Shown here: piece by piece, positions 18,058 through 26,773 of the stretch
Numbering within the stretch: position 1 is the first letter of the stretch
How the letters are laid out: each line of letters starts with the position of its first letter
Assembly (NCBI GenBank): GCA_028819005.1
Contig: JAPPMP010000026.1
Span: forward strand, 96-64,095
Direction: 5' to 3'
Length of the DNA: 64,000 bases
From: Acidimicrobiaceae bacterium
GTDB taxonomy: Bacteria; Actinomycetota; Acidimicrobiia; Acidimicrobiales; Aldehydirespiratoraceae
Notes under the pieces: model-generated
The model's input: only the letters and a program-made list of their open reading frames with translations
What the model was told of the DNA's origin: nothing
The model's database searches: none
Made by a program: the position numbers and the translations under genes

Positions 18058-19836
18058 TTACTCGATAACCGCGACGATGTCGCCACCGCCGACGGAGTCG
18101 CCTTCGGCGACGCGGATCTCTTTGACCGTCCCCGCTTTCTCTGCGGTGACGATGTTCTCCATCTTCATTGCTTCCAGGACGACGATGGCGTCGCCGACGT
18201 CGATGGCGTCGCCGACCGCAACGAGGACTTTGACGATCGTGCCCTGCATCGGCACGATGACATCGCCGCTGCCGGACCCGCCGCCGGAGGCGCCCCGCCC
18301 CGAACGGCGCGCCCTCGGAGCGTGTGCTGCGCTGGGAGTTCCCGCGCTTTCTGGAACCCACATTGACACCGAGAAGCGCTTGCCGTTGACCTCCACGTCG
18401 ACGTCTCGCTTGACCTTGGGCTCGTCGGCGTCTTCGGCCTCGGCGACGGCCGTCGCGCCGATACCGCTCAGATCGACGACCTCTTCGAGCCACTTGGTGC
18501 TGTGGTCGAAGGCAGCGAAGTCCGGGTGCTCGAGGACGGCGATCGCAGCGCTGGCGGTGGTCGCGACGCCTTCAATCGTGGTTTCGTCGAGGGCGCGCAG
18601 GGCCCGGGCGATCGCGGTCGGACGATCCTTGCCCCAGACGATGAGCTTCCCGATCAGGTTGTCGTAGAACTGACTGATTTCGTCGCCGGCTTGGTATCCG
18701 GTATCGAATCGGGTGCCGAACCCATCGGCGGTCCTGAGTGCGGTGATGGTTCCGGGAGAGGGCAGGAACGCACCCCCGGCCGGATCCTCGGCGTTGATTC
18801 GGATCTCGATGGCGTGCCCGGTGATTTCAATGTCGGATTGGCTGAACGGCAGTCTCTCTCCGCCGGCGACGCGGATCTGTTGTTCGACGAGGTCGACGCC
18901 GGTGACCAACTCGGTCGCCGGATGCTCGACTTGGAGACGGGTGTTCATTTCCAGATAGTGGAAGCTGCCGTCCTCATACAGGAACTCAACCGTTCCTGCG
19001 TTGACGTAATCACAGCCCTTGGCCACTTTGACGGCCGCCTCGCCCATCGCGGCGATGATCTCGGGATCGATGTTCGCCGCTGGTGCTTCTTCGATCAGCT
19101 TCTGGTGCCGGCGCTGCACCGAGCAGTCGCGGGTTCCCAGATAGACGCAGTTCCCGTGCTTGTCCGCCAGGATCTGGACTTCGACATGGCGCGGCTTGGT
19201 GAGATAGCGCTCCATGTAGCACTCGTCCCGTCCGAAGTACGAGAGGGCTTCGCGTTGGGCAGCGTCGAGTTGTTCGGCCGCCTCCTCGGCGCTGGCAACG
19301 ACTTTCATGCCGCGTCCGCCGCCGCCGTAGGCAGCTTTTACAGCGACCGGCCAACCCTGTGAGTCGCCGAACTCAATGATCTGGTCGGCGCCCGTTATCG
19401 TCTCGGTCGTACCGGGCACTCCGAAGACGCCGACGCTCTCGGCGGCCTCGCGAGCCGAGATCTTGTCGCCCATCACCTCTATCGCTTGTGGATCAGGCCC
19501 GATGAAGGCAACGCCGCGTTCGGTGATGGAACGCGCGAAATCGGCGTTCTCAGAAAAGAACCCGTAACCGGGGTGTACAGCGTCGGCGCCGCTGCGTTCG
19601 ATGACGTCGAGAATCGCGTCGGTATTGAGGTAGGACTCAGCACTGGTCTTGCCGCCGAGGCTGTAGGCCTCATCGGCTAGGCGCACGTGCAGCGCATCGC
19701 GATCAAGGTCGGAATAGACCGCGACGGTGGCGATACCGAGCTCACGGCATCCACGGATGATCCGAACCGCTATTTCGCCGCGGTTTGCTATAAGTACTTT
19801 GGAAAACACAGGATAATGGTTAGTCGAATGAGCCAT
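18058..19836 (-). CDS. accA: Acyl-CoA carboxylase alpha subunit (biotin carboxylase + BCCP)
   Basis: KVLIANRGEIAVR N-terminus, ATP-grasp core, C-terminal biotinylation motif LEAMKMEN. GTG 19809 (VFSKVLIANRG) is an alternative start. Confidence 0.9.
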   Translation of the reverse strand: MAHSTNHYPVFSKVLIANRGEIAVRIIRGCRELGIATVAVYSDLDRDALHVRLADEAYSLGGKTSAESYLNTDAILDVIERSGADAVHPGYGFFSENADFARSITERGVAFIGPDPQAIEVMGDKISAREAAESVGVFGVPGTTETITGADQIIEFGDSQGWPVAVKAAYGGGGRGMKVVASAEEAAEQLDAAQREALSYFGRDECYMERYLTKPRHVEVQILADKHGNCVYLGTRDCSVQRRHQKLIEEAPAANIDPEIIAAMGEAAVKVAKGCDYVNAGTVEFLYEDGSFHYLEMNTRLQVEHPATELVTGVDLVEQQIRVAGGERLPFSQSDIEITGHAIEIRINAEDPAGGAFLPSPGTITALRTADGFGTRFDTGYQAGDEISQFYDNLIGKLIVWGKDRPTAIARALRALDETTIEGVATTASAAIAVLEHPDFAAFDHSTKWLEEVVDLSGIGATAVAEAEDADEPKVKRDVDVEVNGKRFSVSMWVPESAGTPSAAHAPRARRSGRGASGGGSGSGDVIVPMQGTIVKVLVAVGDAIDVGDAIVVLEAMKMENIVTAEKAGTVKEIRVAEGDSVGGGDIVAVIE

Positions 19837-20733
19837 GAGGTTGCGACATCAGCGGCAGTTCCGTTTGCGGCTAGCAGCCGCGTGGCCAACGCTACGGGAC
19901 TAGGACCGCTGCGCCACGTAGAGGTTACCGGGTCGACCAATGCCGACCTCGTCGCCGAAGCACGCGAAGGATTTTGCGGGCCGGCGGTGCTGGTGGCGGA
20001 CCACCAGAGCGCGGGAAGGGGCCGCCTGGGACGGGAGTGGGACGATGACCGCGGAGACGCGCTGCTGGTGAGCATTCGCGTGCCCGCAGAGCTCGACGGG
20101 GTCGGCGGCGTCGTGGCGGCGGTGGGCGCCGCGGCGCGGTTCGCCGCCGATCAGCTGACCACCTCGACGGTGTTGACGAAATGGCCCAACGACTTGGTGG
20201 TCGAGGACGGCGCAGCGCCCGGAAAGCTCGGGGGTGTGCTGGCCGAGTACGTGGCCGAAGCGCACGAATCCGTCCCGAACGAGTGTGTGGCGAACGAATC
20301 CGTCCCAAACGAGTGTGTCCCAAACGAATCCGTCCCGAACGAATCCGTCCCAAACGAATCCGTCCCGAACGAGTGTGTGATAGTGGGCGTGGGGATCAAC
20401 GTCAGAGCCATCGAGCGCCAACCCGGCGCCACTTCGATGGCGGAATGCGGAATGGAGCAGAGCGGCAGCCTTGCAGACCGTGATCTGCTGTTGTCCGGCC
20501 TGCTGAGCGCGTTGGCGCCGAGGCTTGCCGATCCCGTCGCGGTGTTGGAGGAAATGCGAGCCAACTCGGCGACCCTTGGGGCTCGCGTGAGGGTCGAACT
20601 GCCGGGAAACCGGTTTGTCACAGGAGAGGCGGTCGGTCTCAGCGACGAAGGGCATCTCCTCCTTCGCTGCGATGATGCGACGCATCGGACGATCACGGCC
20701 GGTGACGTGATCCGCCTTCGGCCCGCGACGTAG
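19828..20733 (+). CDS. birA: Biotin--[acetyl-CoA-carboxylase] ligase (group I, no HTH) with internal repeat insertion
   Basis: GRGRLGREW matches the GRGRxGRxW biotin-ligase motif, with VIVGVGINV downstream. Start taken at ATG 19828; track start 19687 runs through accA. Confidence 0.8.
   Translation: MSHEVATSAAVPFAASSRVANATGLGPLRHVEVTGSTNADLVAEAREGFCGPAVLVADHQSAGRGRLGREWDDDRGDALLVSIRVPAELDGVGGVVAAVGAAARFAADQLTTSTVLTKWPNDLVVEDGAAPGKLGGVLAEYVAEAHESVPNECVANESVPNECVPNESVPNESVPNESVPNECVIVGVGINVRAIERQPGATSMAECGMEQSGSLADRDLLLSGLLSALAPRLADPVAVLEEMRANSATLGARVRVELPGNRFVTGEAVGLSDEGHLLLRCDDATHRTITAGDVIRLRPAT
20266..20379. repeat. In-frame 15-nt tandem repeat (7.6 units) inside birA
   Basis: GAATCCGTCCC(G/A)AAC alternates with GAGTGTGT(GG/CC)C(G/A)AAC. 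It encodes ESVPN/ECV(A/P)N pentapeptides. Confidence 0.95.
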
Positions 20734-20739
20734 CGACTG

Positions 20740-20987
20740 GTGATATCGCGGTCGTCTTCGGGAGCACTACGCTCGCAGACGGCGCTGCCGGGGTTTCGTG
20801 CGTGCGCAGGGTGATATCGCGGTCGCTTTCGGGAGCACTACGCTCGTAGACGGCGCTGCCGGGGTTTCGTGCGTGCGCAGGGTGATATCGCGGTCGTCTT
20901 CGGGAGCACTACGCTCGTAGACGGCGCTGCCGGGGTTTCGTGCGTGCGCAGGGTGATATCGCGGTCGTCTTCGGGAGCACTACGCTC
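20740..20987. repeat. 71-bp tandem repeat, 3.5 copies, intergenic birA/LCP and overlapping the LCP start
   Basis: Copies start at 20740, 20811, 20882 and 20953 (exact 71-nt period). There are 3 variant positions in total. The last copy is truncated after 35 nt. Confidence 0.95.
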
Positions 20988-22523
20988 CGCAATGTGTCAG
21001 AGACGCCGGCGCCTGCAGCTCCCCAGAGAAAAGTTGTGCTTCGGCGTTCCTGGCCGCAACGCATCGTGATGGTCTGCTGCGTCGTGGTGATCGCTGCCGC
21101 AGGAGCCGCCGCGTGGGTGATTGGAGACATCTCTGACGCCGTGTCGGGCTTCGGCCGGGTTGAGATCTCTGGCGAGGTGCTTAAGACCGCGACCGCGCCG
21201 GGGGAACCGGTCAACTTCTTGTTGATCGGCAACGACAGCGCGCTGGGCGTCGATCCCAACGACCCGATTCACATCGGACGAACCTACGACGCCCGCGGCA
21301 CGTTCAACGCAGACAGCATCATCGTCCTGCGGGTCGATCCGACCTCCGGCAAGGCATGGGTGCTGTCGATTCCGCGCGACCTGTTGACTGACCACATCCC
21401 GGGAGCAGGAAGATACCGGATCAACGCGGCCTTGTTGATCGGCGGTCCCCAGACTCTCGTGGAGACGATCACCTCCCAGTTCGCAATTGAAATCAACCAT
21501 TACGTGGAGATCGATTTCCTGGGTTTCAGGGAGGTGGTCGATGTTCTCAACGGTGTGCCGGTCTGGTTCGATCACCCCGCCCGTGACCGCAACACCGGAC
21601 TCAACATCGTTGAGCCCGGCTGTCATGTCCTTGATGGAGCTGCCGCTCTCGCTTATGTGCGATCGCGGTCCCTTGAGCAGTTCATCGACGATCGTTGGGT
21701 GTTGGTCGGGAACTCTGACTTCGGACGCATCGAACGTCAACAGGATTTCCTGGTGCTGGCGTTGAGCCGGGCTGTCAGCCGCGGCGCGCGCAACCCGACC
21801 TCCTTGACCGGCTTGATCGAATCGGGCGCCGGCAGTGTGGTTCTCGACAGCGAGCTCACTCCAGCGGAGTTGATCGACCTCGGCAAGGCGTTCAGCGACT
21901 TCAACCCCGAGAACCTCACGCGTCTGGAACTCCAGGTCACCACGATCCACGACGAGGCGGGTGTGTATGTCGGAGAGCAGCTCGTTCCAGGCGTTCACGA
22001 TGAGATCCTCGACATTTTCAGGGGGACGGCCGACCAGACGCAGCCGCGTGACGTGACTTTCGATCTCTACGCGACAGAGGAGACCCCGCTGGATCAGGAC
22101 GGCGACCTTCTGGCCGATCTCGGGTTCAACGTTTCCTCCAGGTACCTCTATGGCGCCGACCAGCCATTCTCGGTGGTCGCCTATCCACCGGGTCGTCGCG
22201 CAGAAGCTGAGACGGTGGCGCGCTATCTGATTCCGATCCCAGCGCTTGTAGAGGATGCGGGCGCTGTCGGTCTCCATGTGGTCTTGGGCTCAGGTCATGA
22301 GCAGATCTCCTTCCTGTTCCCGCACGACCCCGCGAAGATGAGCGAACAAGTCGCGGCCCACGGGACTGTTCCGGTCCCGGATCTTTCGTCCGCCCTCCTT
22401 CGATCGTCGGCCGTCGGACAGGTTGCTCCGACAGCCGCTGTCGATCCGAGTCCCGGCGACGAAGTTGCGGCCGAGCCCGAGCGCGTCATCGGTCGGCCCC
22501 CCGAAGGCCGATCATGCGGCTGA
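20940..22523 (+). CDS. LytR-CpsA-Psr (LCP) family glycopolymer ligase with C-terminal LytR_C-like domain
   Basis: N-terminal TM (MVCCVVVIAAAGAAAWV), then FLLIGNDS...ADSIIVLRVDP...VLSIPRDL. The GTG start at 20940 lies inside the 71-bp repeat, so the start is uncertain. Confidence 0.85.
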   Translation: MRAQGDIAVVFGSTTLRNVSETPAPAAPQRKVVLRRSWPQRIVMVCCVVVIAAAGAAAWVIGDISDAVSGFGRVEISGEVLKTATAPGEPVNFLLIGNDSALGVDPNDPIHIGRTYDARGTFNADSIIVLRVDPTSGKAWVLSIPRDLLTDHIPGAGRYRINAALLIGGPQTLVETITSQFAIEINHYVEIDFLGFREVVDVLNGVPVWFDHPARDRNTGLNIVEPGCHVLDGAAALAYVRSRSLEQFIDDRWVLVGNSDFGRIERQQDFLVLALSRAVSRGARNPTSLTGLIESGAGSVVLDSELTPAELIDLGKAFSDFNPENLTRLELQVTTIHDEAGVYVGEQLVPGVHDEILDIFRGTADQTQPRDVTFDLYATEETPLDQDGDLLADLGFNVSSRYLYGADQPFSVVAYPPGRRAEAETVARYLIPIPALVEDAGAVGLHVVLGSGHEQISFLFPHDPAKMSEQVAAHGTVPVPDLSSALLRSSAVGQVAPTAAVDPSPGDEVAAEPERVIGRPPEGRSCG

Positions 22524-22634
22524 GGCGGTGCTTTTGCCGGGCGTAGCCGGAGCCGCGTGGCACGCTGAGATTCTCGGGGCTCCGGTTGTGCCCGGCGATA
22601 GCAACGCGTGCCGGGCTACAATAGAGCTTCGCTT

Positions 22635-23903
22635 ATGAGCAGGATCGCGGTGATCGGCACGGGTTACGTCGGGCTGACCACCGGAGCCTGTTTTGCGCAC
22701 TTGGGCCACGATGTCGTCTGTGCCGACATTGACGTCGGCAAGGTGAAGCGCCTGCAGGCCGGTGATGTGCCGATACACGAAGCCGGTCTGGATGAACTGG
22801 TTCGCGAGGGGCTCGAATCCGGGCGTCTGTCGTTCGTGGTGGAGTCTTCCGAAGCCGTGGGTGACGCCGACTTCGTCTACCTCTGTGTTCCGACCCCGCA
22901 ATCAGAGGACGGTTCGGTTGATCTGAGACACCTCAAGGCTGCCGCAGCCGAGATCAGCGCGCACATCCGGCTCGGCGCGGTCGTGGTAAATAAATCGACG
23001 GTTCCGGTGGGTTCGACGCTGCTGGTTGAAGAGGCGATGAATCGGCCCGACATCGCGGTCGTGTCCAACCCGGAGTTTCTGCGGGAAGGCGCCGCAATCG
23101 ACGACTTTCTCAACCCTGATCGTGTCGTGATCGGAGCGGACCAACAGGCGGCAGCCGATCGGGTGGCAGAGTTGCACCGCGGTATTGGCGCGCCGGTGAT
23201 GATCACGGACCCGGCGTCGGCGGAGACCATCAAATATGCGGCCAATGCGTTCCTCGCCACCAAGCTCAGCTTCGTCAACACCATCGCCGCGGTCTGTGAA
23301 GCAGTCGGAGCAGACGTCGCTGACGTATTGGCAGCAATCGGCTATGACAAGCGCATCGGCGCTGAGTTTCTGGTTCCAGGCCCGGGTTGGGGCGGTTCGT
23401 GCTTTCCCAAGGACGCGCGGGCGATCATCTCCATGGCCGAGGATGCCGGTTACGACTTCTCGTTGATGCGGGGAGTCCTCAAAGCCAACGACGAACAGTT
23501 CCGGCGTGTTGTGAACAAGGTTGCGTCAGTGGTTGGGTTGAACGGAGCAACCGTCGCCCTGCTCGGCCTCGCCTTCAAAGCCGGGACCGACGACACTCGC
23601 AACTCTCCGGCATTGGAGGTGGCGGGCCTGTTGTTGGCCCAGGGGGCCAAGGTTCGGGCTTACGACCCGGCAGTGGCAACCGTCGACATTGATGAGATCA
23701 CTGTGCTCGACGATCCCTATGCGGCCGCAGACGGAGCGGACGTGCTGGTTGTTGCCACCGAGTGGGACGAGTTCAAGCTGCTCGACCTTGACAAGATCTC
23801 AGAAGCGATGGTTTCGCGTCACGTGGTCGACGCCCGCAACATCCTGGACCGGGAGGCGCTTCTGAGCAGGGGCTTCACATATCAGGGAATCGGAAGGAAC
23901 TAG
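22635..23903 (+). CDS. ugd: UDP-glucose 6-dehydrogenase
   Basis: IAVIGTGYVGLTTGACFA NAD fold and catalytic GWGGSCFPKD. Start at ATG 22635. Confidence 0.9.
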   Translation: MSRIAVIGTGYVGLTTGACFAHLGHDVVCADIDVGKVKRLQAGDVPIHEAGLDELVREGLESGRLSFVVESSEAVGDADFVYLCVPTPQSEDGSVDLRHLKAAAAEISAHIRLGAVVVNKSTVPVGSTLLVEEAMNRPDIAVVSNPEFLREGAAIDDFLNPDRVVIGADQQAAADRVAELHRGIGAPVMITDPASAETIKYAANAFLATKLSFVNTIAAVCEAVGADVADVLAAIGYDKRIGAEFLVPGPGWGGSCFPKDARAIISMAEDAGYDFSLMRGVLKANDEQFRRVVNKVASVVGLNGATVALLGLAFKAGTDDTRNSPALEVAGLLLAQGAKVRAYDPAVATVDIDEITVLDDPYAAADGADVLVVATEWDEFKLLDLDKISEAMVSRHVVDARNILDREALLSRGFTYQGIGRN

Positions 23904-23906
23904 GGC

Positions 23907-24851
23907 GTGCGCGTCGTTGTCACAGGCGGTGCGGGGTTCCTCGGTTCGCATCTGTGCGACCATCTGATCGCGCGCGGCGACGATGTCGTTTGTATAGACA
24001 ATTTCTCGACGGGAACTGTGTCGAACGTTGCGCATCTGCGCGATCACCGCAGCTTCGATCTGGTGCAACACGACGTCTCGATCCATGTGGACGTCGCCGG
24101 CGGGGTGGACGCGGTGCTGCACTTCGCAAGTCCGGCATCGCCGGTCGATTATGCGAAGATGCCGATTCAGACCCTGAAGGTGGGCTCGCTGGGCACTCAC
24201 AACACGCTTGGCCTGGCGAAGGCGAAAGGGGCGACGTACTTGTTGGCGTCGACCTCGGAGGTCTACGGCGACCCGCTGGTCCACCCGCAGGTCGAGCATT
24301 ACTGGGGCAACGTCAATCACCTGGGACCCCGAGGCGTCTATGACGAGGCAAAGCGATTCGCTGAGGCGATGACCATGGCCTATTGCCGGTATCACGGCCT
24401 GGACACGCGGATTGTGCGGATCTTCAACACGTACGGACCGCGTATGCGCCCCGACGACGGGCGGGTCGTGTCGAACTTCATTGTGGCTGCCCTTGCCGGA
24501 GAACCGCTCACGGTCTACGGCGACGGCACACAGACGCGCAGTTTCTGTTTCGTTGACGATCAGGTCCGTGGAATCGCCGCTCTGCTCGAGTCCGGCGAAC
24601 ATGATCCGGTCAATATCGGCAGCCCTTCCGAGTTCACGGTCGCGGAGTTGGCCGAGATCGTCCTGGAGGCCACCGGTTCTGATTCTCATGTCCGCTACCT
24701 CCCGCTGCCGGTCGACGACCCGAAGCGTCGTCGCCCCGACACCGCGCGTGCTGAAGAACTGCTGGGTTGGAACCCGTCCGTCGCGTTGCGCGAAGGCGTT
24801 CAGAGAACCGTCGAGTACTTCGATTCGCTAACTGCGCCGGGCCTCGGCTAG
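23907..24851 (+). CDS. uxs: UDP-glucuronate decarboxylase (UDP-xylose synthase)
   Basis: [16 protein letters not shown], catalytic YDEAKR, length 314 aa, immediately after ugd. Confidence 0.8.
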   Translation: MRVVVTGGAGFLGSHLCDHLIARGDDVVCIDNFSTGTVSNVAHLRDHRSFDLVQHDVSIHVDVAGGVDAVLHFASPASPVDYAKMPIQTLKVGSLGTHNTLGLAKAKGATYLLASTSEVYGDPLVHPQVEHYWGNVNHLGPRGVYDEAKRFAEAMTMAYCRYHGLDTRIVRIFNTYGPRMRPDDGRVVSNFIVAALAGEPLTVYGDGTQTRSFCFVDDQVRGIAALLESGEHDPVNIGSPSEFTVAELAEIVLEATGSDSHVRYLPLPVDDPKRRRPDTARAEELLGWNPSVALREGVQRTVEYFDSLTAPGLG

Positions 24852-25808
24852 CTCGCGATTGGCCAGGTACCAGCCGATTGTGGCTTCCAGGCCGTCTTTG
24901 AAACCGGTTTTGGCGGTGAATCCGAAGAGCTCGCGTGCACGGCCGGCGTCAACGCCGCGTCGGGGCTGGCCGTCGGGTCTGCTGTTGTCCCAGCGGACGC
25001 AACCGTCATAGCCAGTCAATTCAACGATGCTCTCGACGAGTTCTTTGATCAACATCTCACGGTCTGCGCCGAGATTGACCGGCTCAGGTCCTTCCCAGCG
25101 TTCTGCGGCGAGGACGATACCCTCCGCGGCATCGTCCACATAGAGGAACTCGCGACTGGCGCCGCCGGTTCCCCACACCTCGATTTCTTCGGCGCCGGCC
25201 TCTTTGGCCATCACGCACTTGCGGATCAGAGCGGGAATCACATGTGAGACGTCGGGGTGGAACTTGTCACCCGGACCGTACAGATTCGTGGGCATGAGGT
25301 AGGCGCTGCGTTGCCCGTACTGATCCCGGTTGGCTTGAAGGTGGACAAGCTGGGCCAACTTGGCGATTCCGTACGGCGCATTGGTCTCTTCGGGGTATCC
25401 CATCCACAGCGAGGACTCCGAGAAGGGAACCGGCGTGTGTTTGGGATACGAGCAGATGGTTCCTATCACAAGTGTTTTGGGAACCTCGGCGAGGCGGCAT
25501 GCCTCGATCAGGTTGGTGCCCAGCATCAGGTTCTCCACGTACAACTGGGCCGGCGCGACCAGGTTGGCGCCGATACCTCCGACTCGAGCGGCGAGATGGA
25601 TCACCACGTCGGGCGCATGGTCGGCGATCGCGGCGCGGGCTTGGCCCTGGTCGAGGAAATCAACCTCGGAGCTTGTGGGGGCGACCACGTCGGACACCCC
25701 GCGCCGGGCCAGCGCGGCTCGGACCGACGTGCCGAGAAACCCGCTTCCGCCGGTGAGGAAGACGCGCTGATGCTCGAATGCCGGCTCGGCGTCGGAGTCG
25801 CGGGACAT
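24828..25808 (-). CDS. fcl: GDP-L-fucose synthase (GDP-4-keto-6-deoxymannose 3,5-epimerase/4-reductase)
   Basis: [23 protein letters not shown] (YxxxK), [11 protein letters not shown]. Start at ATG 25808. The remaining upstream 185 codons of track ORF 24828..26363 are R/P-rich and not protein-like. Confidence 0.85.
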   Translation of the reverse strand: MSRDSDAEPAFEHQRVFLTGGSGFLGTSVRAALARRGVSDVVAPTSSEVDFLDQGQARAAIADHAPDVVIHLAARVGGIGANLVAPAQLYVENLMLGTNLIEACRLAEVPKTLVIGTICSYPKHTPVPFSESSLWMGYPEETNAPYGIAKLAQLVHLQANRDQYGQRSAYLMPTNLYGPGDKFHPDVSHVIPALIRKCVMAKEAGAEEIEVWGTGGASREFLYVDDAAEGIVLAAERWEGPEPVNLGADREMLIKELVESIVELTGYDGCVRWDNSRPDGQPRRGVDAGRARELFGFTAKTGFKDGLEATIGWYLANRELAEARRS

Positions 25809-26350
25809 AGCGTGATCGTAGCCGCCCGAAGCGGAGCGACGGCCATCGGTGATCCGTCTATGGGGCCAGCGGATTGGGTCTACAGTCGCCGGCGGTTGAT
25901 CGATCTCTACCGCAGGGAGGCAATGTGCCGAGTCTTCTTGGTCGCCGGCGGATCGCCAAGGTCGCAGGCCGGGGCGCCGGCGCTCGCTTTCTTGGCAGCC
26001 ATGCCCGGTCTCGCTTCGGCTGCCGACGGCGCTGTCGGCCTCGAGACCCTGCTCGGGATCCGGGTCTCGGCTCAAGTTGGGCGCTTGGGTCAGGACGCGG
26101 GGGGCAAGTTGCGGAACTGGGAATTGAGAGCTATCCCGAATTCGTGCTGGCACCCGGGGAAGGCCGATCCGAATGGTCCGCCGCCACAGCTCGCTCCGTG
26201 ACCGGACCTTCGGTCTCGGCATGGCTTTCTTGGTTCCAGAATGACATCGGGCGACAGACCCGTGTACGATTGGCGGCGGTTCGGCAATGAGAGCGTCGTC
26301 AGTCGCAATCCTGCCAGTCATCAGTCCGCGATACGAGGGAATGGAACCTA

Positions 26351-26689
26351 ATGGAATTATCAAGCGAAAATACGGGTGGAGCGGTAATCGTCAAGGCCGT
26401 CGGCCGCGTCGACGGCGCCAACGCTCGTGACTTCCATGAAGGCCTAGAAGCAAGTATCGGCGCTGGTGGCGAGTCGATGGTCCTTGACTTCGAGGGGTTG
26501 TCGTATATCAGCAGTGCCGGTCTGCGCGTAGTTCTGCTTGTCGCCAAAACCCTTCAACAGCAGAGCGCCAAACTCGCGGTCTGCTCACTTTCGGACTCGA
26601 TCCGGGAGGTCTTCGAGATCAGCGGATTCGACAAGATCGTTCCCGTGTACGCCGACGCCGGCGACGCCATGTCCGGTCTCGGGCTCTGA
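26351..26689 (+). CDS. STAS-domain anti-sigma-factor antagonist (SpoIIAA/RsbV-like)
   Basis: 112 aa. LDFEGLSYISSAGLRVVL contains the conserved phosphorylatable Ser context (DLSxxxxIDSxGL-like). Confidence 0.85.
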   Translation: MELSSENTGGAVIVKAVGRVDGANARDFHEGLEASIGAGGESMVLDFEGLSYISSAGLRVVLLVAKTLQQQSAKLAVCSLSDSIREVFEISGFDKIVPVYADAGDAMSGLGL

Positions 26690-26773
26690 TCCCGCCTGAG
26701 TTGACGGCTGCTTGAGCCACTCCTCGGAGCAGCGCGCGTCGAAGGTTGATCTGAAGAGTCGGAGCAGAACAGC

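Noticed and set aside
20740-20987. Tandem repeats (also 50164..50254 and 54280..54423) as CRISPR arrays
   Set aside because: The units are directly abutting with no unique spacers, unit lengths are 46-72 bp, and there are no cas genes. They are tandem duplications or VNTRs, not CRISPR.
25809-26363. N-terminal 185 codons of track ORF 24828..26363 as part of the Fcl protein
   Set aside because: Fcl similarity begins at [21 protein letters not shown] (ATG 25808). The upstream part is low-complexity R/P/S-rich and unlike any SDR extension.
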